Source of the DNA: Nitrososphaeria archaeon
GTDB lineage: Archaea > Thermoproteota > Nitrososphaeria > JACIWG01
Direction of reading: 5' to 3'
Assembly: GCA_049969935.1 (NCBI GenBank)
Contig: JBMFNX010000002.1
Span: forward strand, 5,789-69,788
Length of the DNA stretch: 64,000 nucleotides
Of the stretch, positions 31,069 through 40,019 are shown in pieces; position 1 is the stretch's first letter, and each line of letters begins with the position of its first letter. The notes below the pieces were generated by a model, which was given only the letters and a program-made list of their open reading frames with translations, did not search any database and had not been told where the DNA came from. Both the position numbers and the translations under genes were made by a program.

Positions 31069-31365
31069 TTATTTCTTACCAATAACCTCAAGTTTTCCAA
31101 AACGGCCTACATTTAGACGAATTTCACCCTTGTAGCTATTAACATAACCGTTTTCAATTTTAACCATGTCTCCAACTTCAACCATATCTATTTGCTCATC
31201 CCATAAAGTCAATTTTATACTACCAGTTTCATCTTCTAAAGTTAGGTCTGCAACCTTCGCCTTCTGACCTGTTCTTAATGTAACTTCCCTTACCTCAGGT
31301 TTTTCAACTATTTTTCCAACCACCTGAACCCTTCTCATATTATCTCTTAATTGCGATATTTGCAA
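31069..31365 (-). CDS. Single OB-fold ssDNA-binding protein (SSB/RPA)
   Basis: DETGSIKLTLWD, IENGYV..YKG..LNVGRFG; TTG start at 31365 preferred over the longer ORF call. Confidence 0.88.
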   Translation of the reverse strand: MQISQLRDNMRRVQVVGKIVEKPEVREVTLRTGQKAKVADLTLEDETGSIKLTLWDEQIDMVEVGDMVKIENGYVNSYKGEIRLNVGRFGKLEVIGKK

Positions 31366-31431
31366 GCTATTCGCACATAAACTTATAAACAAACCCTTAA
31401 AAGCTTTACTTATCAAGAGCGTAGTTCTAAT

Positions 31432-31989
31432 ATGGGATTAGATGAAAAAATTGAAGAAAGGAAAATAGAATGCTATGGTACAGTAGAAGGAGAAAAAATT
31501 ATCGTAAAGGTGGACAATAAAGTTCAGGAATTATATCAGAGCGGATTTGGGAAAATTGATGGAGAAAATCTGATTTTAGACTTGTACGAGGGACTATATT
31601 TAAATGAACTTAAAAAAATAGAGGTTTTATATAAGGGGAAAAATGTAGGTTTCAATGAACTTATGGAAGTATGCTATAAAAAAGATAAAAATGTCCTTAC
31701 CAATTACCTAGTTTATAGGGATTTGAAAAATAGAGGATTTATAGTTAAGAAGAGTGAGGAATTCGGAGTCGATTTTTACGTTTATGAAAAAGATGATTAC
31801 TGGATAAAACGTGCAAAATATGCAATATTTGTATTAAATGAAGGGTGCGAAGTAGATTTTAAAAAAATTTTTGAAAAAATTAAAGAGGTAAAAAATTGTG
31901 TGGAGGAGTCAATTATAGCTGTCCTAGATAGAAGGGGAGAAGTAATATACTATAGAGCTTCTGAGGAGACCTTTAATGAAAAAAGATAG
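31432..31989 (+). CDS. endA: tRNA-splicing endonuclease subunit (probably non-catalytic structural subunit)
   Basis: LYEGLYL, YLVYRDLKNRGF, FGVDF.VY, IAVLDRRGEVIYY; catalytic His and Lys positions appear substituted. Confidence 0.85.
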   Translation: MGLDEKIEERKIECYGTVEGEKIIVKVDNKVQELYQSGFGKIDGENLILDLYEGLYLNELKKIEVLYKGKNVGFNELMEVCYKKDKNVLTNYLVYRDLKNRGFIVKKSEEFGVDFYVYEKDDYWIKRAKYAIFVLNEGCEVDFKKIFEKIKEVKNCVEESIIAVLDRRGEVIYYRASEETFNEKR

Positions 31990-32878
31990 AATTAGACACT
32001 ATGTTAGGATAGTTAGACCAAAAAATAGTATTATGATAGGTATGGCTGTGATCATTGGAATGATCTTAACCGACCCAAAACAAATTCTTTCAATAAGAAC
32101 CGTTTACGGCTTTCTAACTGGATTTTTTATATCATGCTATTCCATGATTGTAAATGACATTTACGATATTGAGGTAGACAGAATTAATAACATGGATAGG
32201 CCTCTGGCGAAAGGTGAAATAACTGTTAAAAGCGCGTTGGTATATAGCATATTCCTACTTTTTATAGGACTTGCATTAGCATATTTTACTTCAATTTTAA
32301 ACTTTATTATAGCAATTTTGTTCGCTTTCATTTCATGGCTTTATAATTTCAGCTTGAAAAAACATGGGATAGTCGGTAATATGACTGTAGCAGTTTCAAC
32401 AATTGTACCATACTTGTATGGTAATATAATTCTTTCATATAATAATATGGTTGATGAAAATATTTTATTGAATCCAATACTTTTAAGTCCTACTGTTTGC
32501 TGGTTTTCTCTAGTATCCTTTTTTGCTGTTACAGGAAGAGAGGTGATAAAAACAATATCTGACATTGAAGGTGATAAAATAAGAGGTGTAAAGTCTGTGG
32601 CAATATGCTGGGGTAAAGGGAGGGCGGCTAAAACTGGAGCATTATTCTTTATCTTGGCGGTAATATGTACATTAGGCCCCTATATTCTTAGGGAGATGGG
32701 TACAATTTATCTTTTGGCAATATTATTTCCTGACCTACTATTTATCTACTTATCATATTCTATTCTAAAGGATTGTTCAAGTGAAAATGCTTTACGCGTT
32801 AAAAGGATGGCTTTAAATGGTATGCTTATTGGATTTTTTTCCTTTGCCATAGAAAAACTGTTGGTGATATGGATATGA
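31976..32878 (+). CDS. UbiA prenyltransferase, digeranylgeranylglyceryl-phosphate synthase-like
   Basis: RPKN, NDIYDIEVDRIN..RPL, REVIKTISDIEGD motifs, TM helices. Confidence 0.9.
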   Translation: MKKDRIRHYVRIVRPKNSIMIGMAVIIGMILTDPKQILSIRTVYGFLTGFFISCYSMIVNDIYDIEVDRINNMDRPLAKGEITVKSALVYSIFLLFIGLALAYFTSILNFIIAILFAFISWLYNFSLKKHGIVGNMTVAVSTIVPYLYGNIILSYNNMVDENILLNPILLSPTVCWFSLVSFFAVTGREVIKTISDIEGDKIRGVKSVAICWGKGRAAKTGALFFILAVICTLGPYILREMGTIYLLAILFPDLLFIYLSYSILKDCSSENALRVKRMALNGMLIGFFSFAIEKLLVIWI

Positions 32879-34077
32879 GTTTACCTTGGACGGAAAAATA
32901 TAGGAATATCGAATTTAATATGATAATTGGTAATGAGGCTGCAAGAAGAGAGTTTTTGGAATGGTTGAAGAACTGGAAAAGAGGGGACAAGGCTGTACTA
33001 TTATTGGGGCCGCCAGGAATTGGGAAGAATACATCAGTATATGCTGCTGCAAGAAAACTAGGATATTATGTGATAGAGTTAAATGCAAGTGATATAAGAA
33101 CTAAAGATGCGCTTAACAAAAAACTAGGAACAAGTCTTTATGCTGCAAACTTATTTAATGAGAAAAGAATGGTTTTATTTGATGAAATAGACGGCCTATA
33201 TGGTAGAGAAGATTATGGGGGAATGGAATATATTATTGAACTACTTGATAAACCACCTGTACCAATAGTTCTTACAGCAAACGATGAATCAAATGAGAAC
33301 GTTTTAAAACTTTCTAAGAAAGTGATATGGATAAAATTTCAAAAAGTTCCATTAAGATTAATTGAAATATACCTAAAGCATATATGTGAAAAGGAAGGTA
33401 AACATGTGGACAAAAAGGTTCTTCAGAAGATTGTTGAAAGGAGTGGGGGTGATGTACGTAACGCCATAAATATGCTCCAGACCATTATAGATACCTCATA
33501 CCTTCTAGACGAATCAGATTTTATGAAAGATGAAAGCGTGTCAAAAATGGAGGCTATAATTGCATTAGTAGCAAGTGAAGACAAGAATATTGCCTTAAAA
33601 AAATTTTCTCAAATGGATGCAGATATAGAAGAAAAGTTAAAAATAATGTTTTACTCTATTCTAGCATCAAATCTTGATAAAATTACTAGAACTAAAGCTT
33701 TAAAAGCAATATCTGATATTGATATCCTAAGGAACAGGATAGAGAATACACAAGAATGGAGAATGGCAAGATGGTATGACATGTATTTTGTTGAAAAAAT
33801 CTTTAACCCAGAAATTAGAAAAGGTTTCAGATATTCAGAGGAAGAACCCCTATGGGAATTAAAGTTAAAATATTGGACTGAATTAAGAATATTTAAGGAA
33901 ATAAGGGAGAGAGTTAATCAAAGATACCATGTTTCTGTTGGAGAATTTTCTCTCTATTATATACCATGTATAATCGCATTAGCAAAAAAAGATTTTAGCA
34001 TGATGTCAGAATATCTAAAGTATGTAGGCTTCGGAGACAATTTCCTTTCATATATAGAGAAAAGGGTGAAGGAATAA
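32869..34077 (+). CDS. rfcL: Replication factor C large subunit
   Basis: PWTEKYR, GPPGIGK, ELNASD.R, DEIDG, GDVRNAIN motifs. Confidence 0.92.
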   Translation: MDMSLPWTEKYRNIEFNMIIGNEAARREFLEWLKNWKRGDKAVLLLGPPGIGKNTSVYAAARKLGYYVIELNASDIRTKDALNKKLGTSLYAANLFNEKRMVLFDEIDGLYGREDYGGMEYIIELLDKPPVPIVLTANDESNENVLKLSKKVIWIKFQKVPLRLIEIYLKHICEKEGKHVDKKVLQKIVERSGGDVRNAINMLQTIIDTSYLLDESDFMKDESVSKMEAIIALVASEDKNIALKKFSQMDADIEEKLKIMFYSILASNLDKITRTKALKAISDIDILRNRIENTQEWRMARWYDMYFVEKIFNPEIRKGFRYSEEEPLWELKLKYWTELRIFKEIRERVNQRYHVSVGEFSLYYIPCIIALAKKDFSMMSEYLKYVGFGDNFLSYIEKRVKE

Positions 34078-34078
34078 A

Positions 34079-34408
34079 ATGGAGATTGTTGAAGGAAAGT
34101 GGTTCAGATTACCAAGACTTAACACTAACGATTTTAAAACATTAATGTCTTTGGGAGTTAAATATGACAAAGGCAGAGGGATGCTTGTCAGCTACGAAAC
34201 CAATAAAAAGCTTTTAATAGAATTCCTTGAAACCATTCTAAAAGATCAAATAATTCTTTATAAAGAATGTGCAATTTGTGGGAAAAACGTTGACTGCAGG
34301 GATTGTGAGTATAGGGTAAAATGCGATTACTATAATGCTTCAGAAAAATGTATTTGTGAAAAATGTTTGGCAAAGGATGAAAACTATGCACTTTATGTGA
34401 TGCAGTAA
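34079..34408 (+). CDS. Hypothetical Cys-rich (probable zinc-binding) protein
   Basis: CAICG..DC.DC...C......CICEKC; starts 1 nt after rfcL. Confidence 0.7.
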   Translation: MEIVEGKWFRLPRLNTNDFKTLMSLGVKYDKGRGMLVSYETNKKLLIEFLETILKDQIILYKECAICGKNVDCRDCEYRVKCDYYNASEKCICEKCLAKDENYALYVMQ

Positions 34409-34411
34409 AAA

Positions 34412-35326
34412 CTAGGTTGTACAATAGGGTTTTCTTAAAATAACAGCTTTAAGGAAAGCATTTCTTAAGCCATCATAATCTTTGCTTTTCAAATACAGTT
34501 TAGCATCAACTTCATTTCCTGAAACCATCAAGCAAGGTTTGAATGCACCGCTATAAGTTACTCTTAGGCGATTACAATTTGCACAAAATTCTGTATTTTC
34601 GATTGGATGAACCACTTCAACCTTTGTTGAATCCAATTCAAATATCTTCCTCTTATGCATATCATCTCTATAATATACGTTCTTTGCCCTTTTTGAAAGC
34701 ATTTTTTCAAGTTCATCAAGAGGCGCATGATATTCATTGTAAAGCTTTGGAACAACGCGCACAGGCTCTAGTTCAATTATTTGAAGTATTGCACCAACCT
34801 TTGCTGAATATGATATCATATCATCTACTTCATTCTCATTTATTCCTTTCAATAGAACCATGTTTATTTTTACAGGATTTAAACCTACATCGCATGCCTC
34901 TTTTATACCATCTAGTACTGGTTCAATCTTTCCACCACCAGTGATGTTACTGTATTTTAGACCATCCAATGTTGGGAGGCTCACATTAACTCTCTTTAAT
35001 CCTGCAGCTTTTAAGCTAGAGGCATAATTTTTTAGAAAGTGACCATTTGTAACTAATGAAACTTCCTTTAATCCTGGAGTTGATGATACAGAGTTTACAA
35101 TTTCTACAATATCATTTCTACATAATGGTTCACCTCCAGTAAGTTTTACTGTTTTAACACCATAGGATGAAGCAAGATCAACTATTGCCTTTATCTCGTC
35201 TAATGTCAACTCATCTTGGCCCTCACTAAATCCTTCACCGTGACAGTAAAAGCATTTTAGATTACATTTTGATGTGACTGATATTCTTATATTATAAATT
35301 GGTCTGTTATATAGATCCAATAGCAT
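34412..35326 (-). CDS. moaA: GTP 3',8-cyclase (radical SAM)
   Basis: RISVT..CNLKCFYCH, TGGEP, FCANCNRLR...KPCL motifs. Confidence 0.96.
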   Translation of the reverse strand: MLLDLYNRPIYNIRISVTSKCNLKCFYCHGEGFSEGQDELTLDEIKAIVDLASSYGVKTVKLTGGEPLCRNDIVEIVNSVSSTPGLKEVSLVTNGHFLKNYASSLKAAGLKRVNVSLPTLDGLKYSNITGGGKIEPVLDGIKEACDVGLNPVKINMVLLKGINENEVDDMISYSAKVGAILQIIELEPVRVVPKLYNEYHAPLDELEKMLSKRAKNVYYRDDMHKRKIFELDSTKVEVVHPIENTEFCANCNRLRVTYSGAFKPCLMVSGNEVDAKLYLKSKDYDGLRNAFLKAVILRKPYCTT

Positions 35327-35328
35327 TA

Positions 35329-35853
35329 TTATTCCCTCGCATGCTTCACTATATGTGGAAGTTCGTCACATATTATTTCCATTGCTGTCTCAACAGCGTC
35401 AGGGGAGCCTGGGAGACAAAAGACGACCCTTTTAGATACAATGCCAGCGGTCGCTCTTGAAATTATAGCAGCACCTTTAGCTTTTTGAAAACTTTTCAGC
35501 CTAAATATTTCTCCAAAACCTGGCATAAATTTATTAAATAATGGAGAAAGAGCTTCAACTGTTACATCAGAGGACGTTATCCCAGTACCACCAGTCAAAA
35601 TTATAACGTCACAATTTTCTTCATAAATGGACCTAAGCGTTTCCTTCCTTATCATTTCGATATCATCAGGAACAATTTTCCTCGACTTTATCTGATAGCC
35701 TCTTTCAATTAACATTTGAACAATTTTAAGCCCCGAAAGGTCGTCTACTTTATGGCCACGAGATGCTTCATCAAACCTAGATGAGCTTACAGTTATCACA
35801 GAACATGATATTTCAGTCGGAGTAGAAAGCCTATGGGATTCATAACTTTTCAA
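35329..35853 (-). CDS. moaB: Molybdenum cofactor biosynthesis protein MoaB/MogA
   Basis: ITVSS, D.SG, TGGTG...DVT.EA, PGFGE.FR, SRA.AG, LPGSP motifs. Confidence 0.93.
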   Translation of the reverse strand: MKSYESHRLSTPTEISCSVITVSSSRFDEASRGHKVDDLSGLKIVQMLIERGYQIKSRKIVPDDIEMIRKETLRSIYEENCDVIILTGGTGITSSDVTVEALSPLFNKFMPGFGEIFRLKSFQKAKGAAIISRATAGIVSKRVVFCLPGSPDAVETAMEIICDELPHIVKHARE

Positions 35854-36296
35854 CCATATTTCACCTTTTTTAAGACCCTAACATCTTGAATTCTTGTAAA
35901 CGGATAGTTTCCTGATGAATCCTTTTCATATTTTTTAACTAAGTCCCATATATTTAAAAGAGCATTTAGAACTCCTGAAAGAGCATCCATTTCCACACCC
36001 GTTTTCGATGAAGCCTTGACTTTAACACGCACTTTTATATATGTGTCACCAATTTCAAATTCAGGCCTAACACTTTCTATTGGTATGGGATGACAAAAAG
36101 GTACAAGTTCAGGAGTCTTTTTAACCGCATTAAGAGCACATACTGATGAAATTTGTAGAACATCACCCTTTTCAATCTTATTCTCTTTTATCAGTTTTAT
36201 TGTTTCCGGCTTCAAAATTATTACACCTTCAGCTAATGCTTCTCTTTCAACAACAGGTTTTTTAGAAATATCTACCATACCCAATTTTGGGCACAC
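35850..36296 (-). CDS. moaC: Cyclic pyranopterin monophosphate synthase
   Basis: MVDISKK, KGDVL, PFCHP, TGVEMDAL motifs. Confidence 0.95.
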   Translation of the reverse strand: MCPKLGMVDISKKPVVEREALAEGVIILKPETIKLIKENKIEKGDVLQISSVCALNAVKKTPELVPFCHPIPIESVRPEFEIGDTYIKVRVKVKASSKTGVEMDALSGVLNALLNIWDLVKKYEKDSSGNYPFTRIQDVRVLKKVKYG

Positions 36297-36504
36297 TCCA
36301 TTTAAAGGTTAATGTTAACAGTATAAAAGGGATTCTTTACACGATATGCTGTTAGCCGCTTAATTGGGTCTATAAAAATCTCCAGAATATATAAATGGTG
36401 CATTACTGTTTCATGCTAAAATTTTTAAGCAAAAAATTTATAATATGGCAAGCAGTCCAAGCTATGGGCTTAACAGTATACCTAGACAATTTATAATGGT
36501 CTAG

Positions 36505-37227
36505 GTGGTTGATATGAAGCCCAAAATATTGTTAATAAATGCATCACCTAGAGCCAATGGTTGGTCTAAAAAGTTACTGTTAGCAGCTAACCATGGTGTT
36601 ATAGACGCGAGAGGAGAATCAGAGATAGTGCACCTTTATGAACATAATATTAAACCTTGCATAGGTTGTGTATCCAATAGTACGAGAGAATGCAAATTTC
36701 CATGCTTGATTGAAGACGATGACTTTAATAAACTCGGAGAAAAAATTCTCACCGCACAAGGATTTATCATAGCTACACCATTATACTGGTACATGGTTAG
36801 TGGACAATTAAAGAACTTAATTGACAGGCTAACAAGCATGGAAAACATGATATTTCATATTAAAAAAAGTTTATTGGATGGAAAGGTTGCTGGATTTATA
36901 GCAGTAGGAAATGATTCAGGGTCTATAATGGCAATCTCATACTTAATGGTTACATTTAATAGCATGGGGGTACTTATTCCACCTTGGGCGCTTTCATACC
37001 ACCATAGTAAAAAGGACGTATTAGATAATAGGGAGGCAATTCTAAGCGCATACAATGTAGGATATAACGTTGTAAAAGCTGCTAGACGAATTTATGATAT
37101 AACAAAATGGTATAAGGCTAATGTTAACATAGAAAAGATAGTAAATAGTATTGAGAATACTTGCGAGAAAAGGAAAGAAATTGTTACCAGTGTAAAAGTG
37201 GCTTCTAACAGGAAAACCATGTACTAA
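36505..37227 (+). CDS. Flavodoxin-family iron-sulfur flavoprotein
   Basis: NASPR..G, PCIGC....C..PC..DD, TPLYW..VSGQLK..IDR motifs. Confidence 0.88.
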   Translation: MVDMKPKILLINASPRANGWSKKLLLAANHGVIDARGESEIVHLYEHNIKPCIGCVSNSTRECKFPCLIEDDDFNKLGEKILTAQGFIIATPLYWYMVSGQLKNLIDRLTSMENMIFHIKKSLLDGKVAGFIAVGNDSGSIMAISYLMVTFNSMGVLIPPWALSYHHSKKDVLDNREAILSAYNVGYNVVKAARRIYDITKWYKANVNIEKIVNSIENTCEKRKEIVTSVKVASNRKTMY

Positions 37228-37240
37228 TACTTAAATTCAA

Positions 37241-37900
37241 TCACAATATTGAGTTTAACGCTTCAAGCTCAAATTTTGTGTTAGAACATCCGTTTCTAAT
37301 TAAAGGTATGCCTTGTCCCGGAATACCGAATCTTTCCAAAACTAAGGCAGCTAGCTTTAATTCTTGACTACAGGCAACACCAACTACACCTTCGTATCCT
37401 CTTTCCTTAAGTATTTTCGGCAAACATGAACCACCTGGAACAACAAAAACATCATATCCCCTTTCCCTTGCGATTTTAGATGATTGATTAACAATGCAGT
37501 CTTCAGAACATGCTTGGCAAATATATGTAGGCACGTTTGGATCAAATATAGCTTTGCATCGATTGTCCATATATTTTCTTGCACAATGTGGCAAAAATAG
37601 TGCACGCTTATTTGTTGATTCAAATGAAGGCTTATTTTGAATATTTTTTACGTAAACTGTTAGTAAGTCTTCTACAAGAGAAATTGCTTCAGATAAATCA
37701 ATACCTATAATTTCATTTAACCTAAATTTTTTTACTAAATTTTTTGCCCTTAATCCAATCTTTCCATAAGTATTTGCCTTATATGCGACAACCAATAGTT
37801 CTTTAAAAAAATTTTTTGATATCGATGTCAAGTCAAAATTGAACTTATAAGGCATACGCATATTAACCAAATTGATGTATATAAGAATTAATAATATCAT
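37241..37900 (-). CDS. DUF116 family protein (start probably about 37861)
   Basis: LPHCAR...C, C..C..C, VPGGS, GVAC..EL, GC motifs. Confidence 0.85.
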   Translation of the reverse strand: MILLILIYINLVNMRMPYKFNFDLTSISKNFFKELLVVAYKANTYGKIGLRAKNLVKKFRLNEIIGIDLSEAISLVEDLLTVYVKNIQNKPSFESTNKRALFLPHCARKYMDNRCKAIFDPNVPTYICQACSEDCIVNQSSKIARERGYDVFVVPGGSCLPKILKERGYEGVVGVACSQELKLAALVLERFGIPGQGIPLIRNGCSNTKFELEALNSIL

Positions 37901-37965
37901 GTCCCTTTTTCTTTCAAAATTGCTTCTATAAGAGAATATTAGGCTCCGACTGTAAGATAGAGGAA

Positions 37966-38039
37966 TGCGGCGTCCGGGATTCGAACCCGGGATATCCAGC
38001 TTGGGGGGCTGGCATCTTAGACCACTAGATCAACGCCGC
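37966..38039 (-). tRNA. tRNA-Gly(CCC) with non-canonical C33
   Basis: Reverse complement GCGGCGT..CCAGC-CC-CCC-AA-GCTGG..CCGGGTTCGAATCCCGG-ACGCCGC-A. Confidence 0.9.
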
Positions 38040-38060
38040 AAATTTCTGTTTACCCTTAAT

Positions 38061-38390
38061 TTATTCAGGTAACTTAAATATAATTTTTTCTTTTTCAAAG
38101 ATCATTTCGTACGTATCATTAACGTTCATAGGTATTCCAAGCTGATCAAATTCTTTTTCTGTTAGAAAAAGAATTACTTTGGGATAGTTTATTTCTTTTG
38201 GAACAGGAGGAAAAAGGCCCATTGACTGTATCTGTGTAATAATTGATTGCGCCATACGTGCAGCTTCATCACCATATTGATGTGAAATAAATGGTTGGCT
38301 TCTTACTTCAACTAATTCAATTTGCTTACCAGGCTCTCCAGTGTCTGGTGCTGTATAACTGGTTATCCTAAACACTTTAACTAATACCAT
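38061..38390 (-). CDS. Arcadin-1 family protein
   Basis: P.G..K.IELVE, central QSMG helix, PK..LFLTE.E...LG....V.D.Y...F pattern matches Pyrobaculum arcadin-1 as recalled. Confidence 0.7.
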   Translation of the reverse strand: MVLVKVFRITSYTAPDTGEPGKQIELVEVRSQPFISHQYGDEAARMAQSIITQIQSMGLFPPVPKEINYPKVILFLTEKEFDQLGIPMNVNDTYEMIFEKEKIIFKLPE

Positions 38391-38455
38391 TTGCTACCGC
38401 CGCATCTATGGTATAGGAGGGAAATAAAAATTAATTTATACCATATGGTAGCCTT

Positions 38456-39433
38456 TTGCCGTTGAAGATACTGGTAAGACCCCTTTGTGCAGAAAGTATG
38501 GGTGTAAGGTCTACTGCAACATATGTTGAAACACCTGATCTAAAAATTCTTATCGATGCCGGAGCGGCTTTAGCGCCAAGATTCGGCCGCTTACCACATC
38601 CTTTAGAATATCAAGCCTTAGAAAGGGCTAGGAAAGCGATTAAGGAGCATGCTGAACGTTCTGAAGCTATAATAGTTTCACATTATCACTTCGACCATTT
38701 TTCACCATTTTTTGAGGAAACTGATACTTTATGGACATGGAGTAATCAAAGTGTTGCAGGAGAAATTTATTCTGATAAGATAGTATATTTTAAAGATTTT
38801 GATAGAGATATTAATTTTAGCCAAAAAATAAGGGGGCAATTATTTAATAAGTCTGTTAAAAATGTTGCAAAAAAGGTTATTAAAGCAGATAGCCAGTGTT
38901 TCTATTTTGGTGGAACAACACTAAAGTTTAGTAGGCCATTATTTCATGGAGAAGAAAACAGTAAACTTGGATATGTTTTGGCCACCATTATAAGAAGCCC
39001 TGGATTGACCTTTTTGCATGCATCTGATGTTCAGGGGGCGATCTCAGATCAGGCAATCAACACTATTTTAGATGAAAGTCCAGATATATTGGTTATTGGA
39101 GGACCACCGACATATCTTAATAGTTTTGAAGAAAAAAACTATTTTATTGCAAAAAATAATCTCTCTAAACTCGTTGAAAAAACAAAGTTAATGATATTGG
39201 ACCACCACATTTTAAGAGATGAAAGAGCAAATGCTTTTATTGAAGAGTTGAAGGGTAAGGCGATAGTATTCAATAATCAAGTAAAGACTTTTGCAGAATT
39301 TCAAGGAAAGAGTAACCAGCTACTTGAGGCAAGACGTATGGAATTATACCGTGAATTTGAGCCTGGTGAAGAATTTATGAGATGGGCTAATTTGCCTGAT
39401 GCTCTTCGGAGGAAGAAGTTTCCGCCTCTTTGA
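38456..39433 (+). CDS. UPF0282 MBL-fold metallo-hydrolase
   Basis: AESMGVRS, IDAG..LAP, SHYHFDH, FHG, SDVQG, DHH.LRD motifs. Confidence 0.88.
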   Translation: MPLKILVRPLCAESMGVRSTATYVETPDLKILIDAGAALAPRFGRLPHPLEYQALERARKAIKEHAERSEAIIVSHYHFDHFSPFFEETDTLWTWSNQSVAGEIYSDKIVYFKDFDRDINFSQKIRGQLFNKSVKNVAKKVIKADSQCFYFGGTTLKFSRPLFHGEENSKLGYVLATIIRSPGLTFLHASDVQGAISDQAINTILDESPDILVIGGPPTYLNSFEEKNYFIAKNNLSKLVEKTKLMILDHHILRDERANAFIEELKGKAIVFNNQVKTFAEFQGKSNQLLEARRMELYREFEPGEEFMRWANLPDALRRKKFPPL

Positions 39434-39770
39434 GAAGCATGTTTTTTATTTGTTCTTGAGTTAATATTCCAGAATCTATCAAATTTGCTATTGAATTTGC
39501 TGAGGCAGTGCCAGTCAGTTTTCCTATTTTGCCACTAATTTGTCTCCATTTTAATTTCGTGTTACCACTCTTAGACACATATATTATTCCTAGAACATCC
39601 TTCGCGTTTACGAAAGTTATATCATACTTTTTCGTAAGAGTTACCTTGTCAACTGCTTCTATGTATATTGCACCCGGACCTGTTTCCTTTTCTGGAAAAA
39701 TATCAGGGTTTTTTAAATAACTTTTTGGCATAAAAGAGCGACATGTACTGTTTATTAGAAATGTTCTCAT
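39387..39770 (-). CDS. Conserved hypothetical protein (start MRTFL at 39770 preferred)
   Basis: Compact domain RTFLINSTCRSFMP...YIEAVDKVTL...SKSGNTKLKW; the ORF-track N-terminal extension looks non-coding. Confidence 0.7.
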   Translation of the reverse strand: MRTFLINSTCRSFMPKSYLKNPDIFPEKETGPGAIYIEAVDKVTLTKKYDITFVNAKDVLGIIYVSKSGNTKLKWRQISGKIGKLTGTASANSIANLIDSGILTQEQIKNMLLKEAETSSSEEHQAN

Positions 39771-39869
39771 CTTATTCAAATGTACTGTCAAGTTTATTTC
39801 TACCATGCTACTCCCTTGGTAATATTTTAACAATAAGGTCTATAAATTGGTTTTTAAATATATTTTGTT

Positions 39870-39928
39870 GGGCGATGAAGAAAGAAGGCTTCGAAATAAT
39901 TATGTGATAGATCTTGAGTTCAGAGCCC
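39870..39928 (+). ncRNA. Candidate C/D-box sRNA (predicted guide for Cm34 of tRNA-Leu(CAA))
   Basis: GGGC/GCCC terminal stem, box C CGATGA, D' TCGA, C' ATGTGA, D CAGA (variant); TATA at 39841-39846; D guide TAGATCTTGAGT is complementary to ACUCAAGAUCUA. Confidence 0.45.
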
Positions 39929-40019
39929 TCAACTTTATTTTCGTTCACCTCTCCCTATCATTTATATAATTAAACTAAAGTTATAGTTAAATAATCGTTT
40001 AAATTATCTTTATGCAAAG

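Noticed and set aside
36481..36505. Inverted repeat CCTAGAC...GTCTAGG upstream of the flavodoxin-family gene
   Set aside because: Single 7-bp instance with no second copy or cognate regulator; cannot be supported as an operator
39808..39948. 46-codon minus-strand ORF (GTG start) antisense to the candidate sRNA
   Set aside because: No recognisable motif and it runs through promoter-like AT tracts; not excluded, but unsupported
39834..40019. Replication origin (ORB repeats) next to cdc6
   Set aside because: No repeated ORB/mini-ORB or G-string motifs are visible
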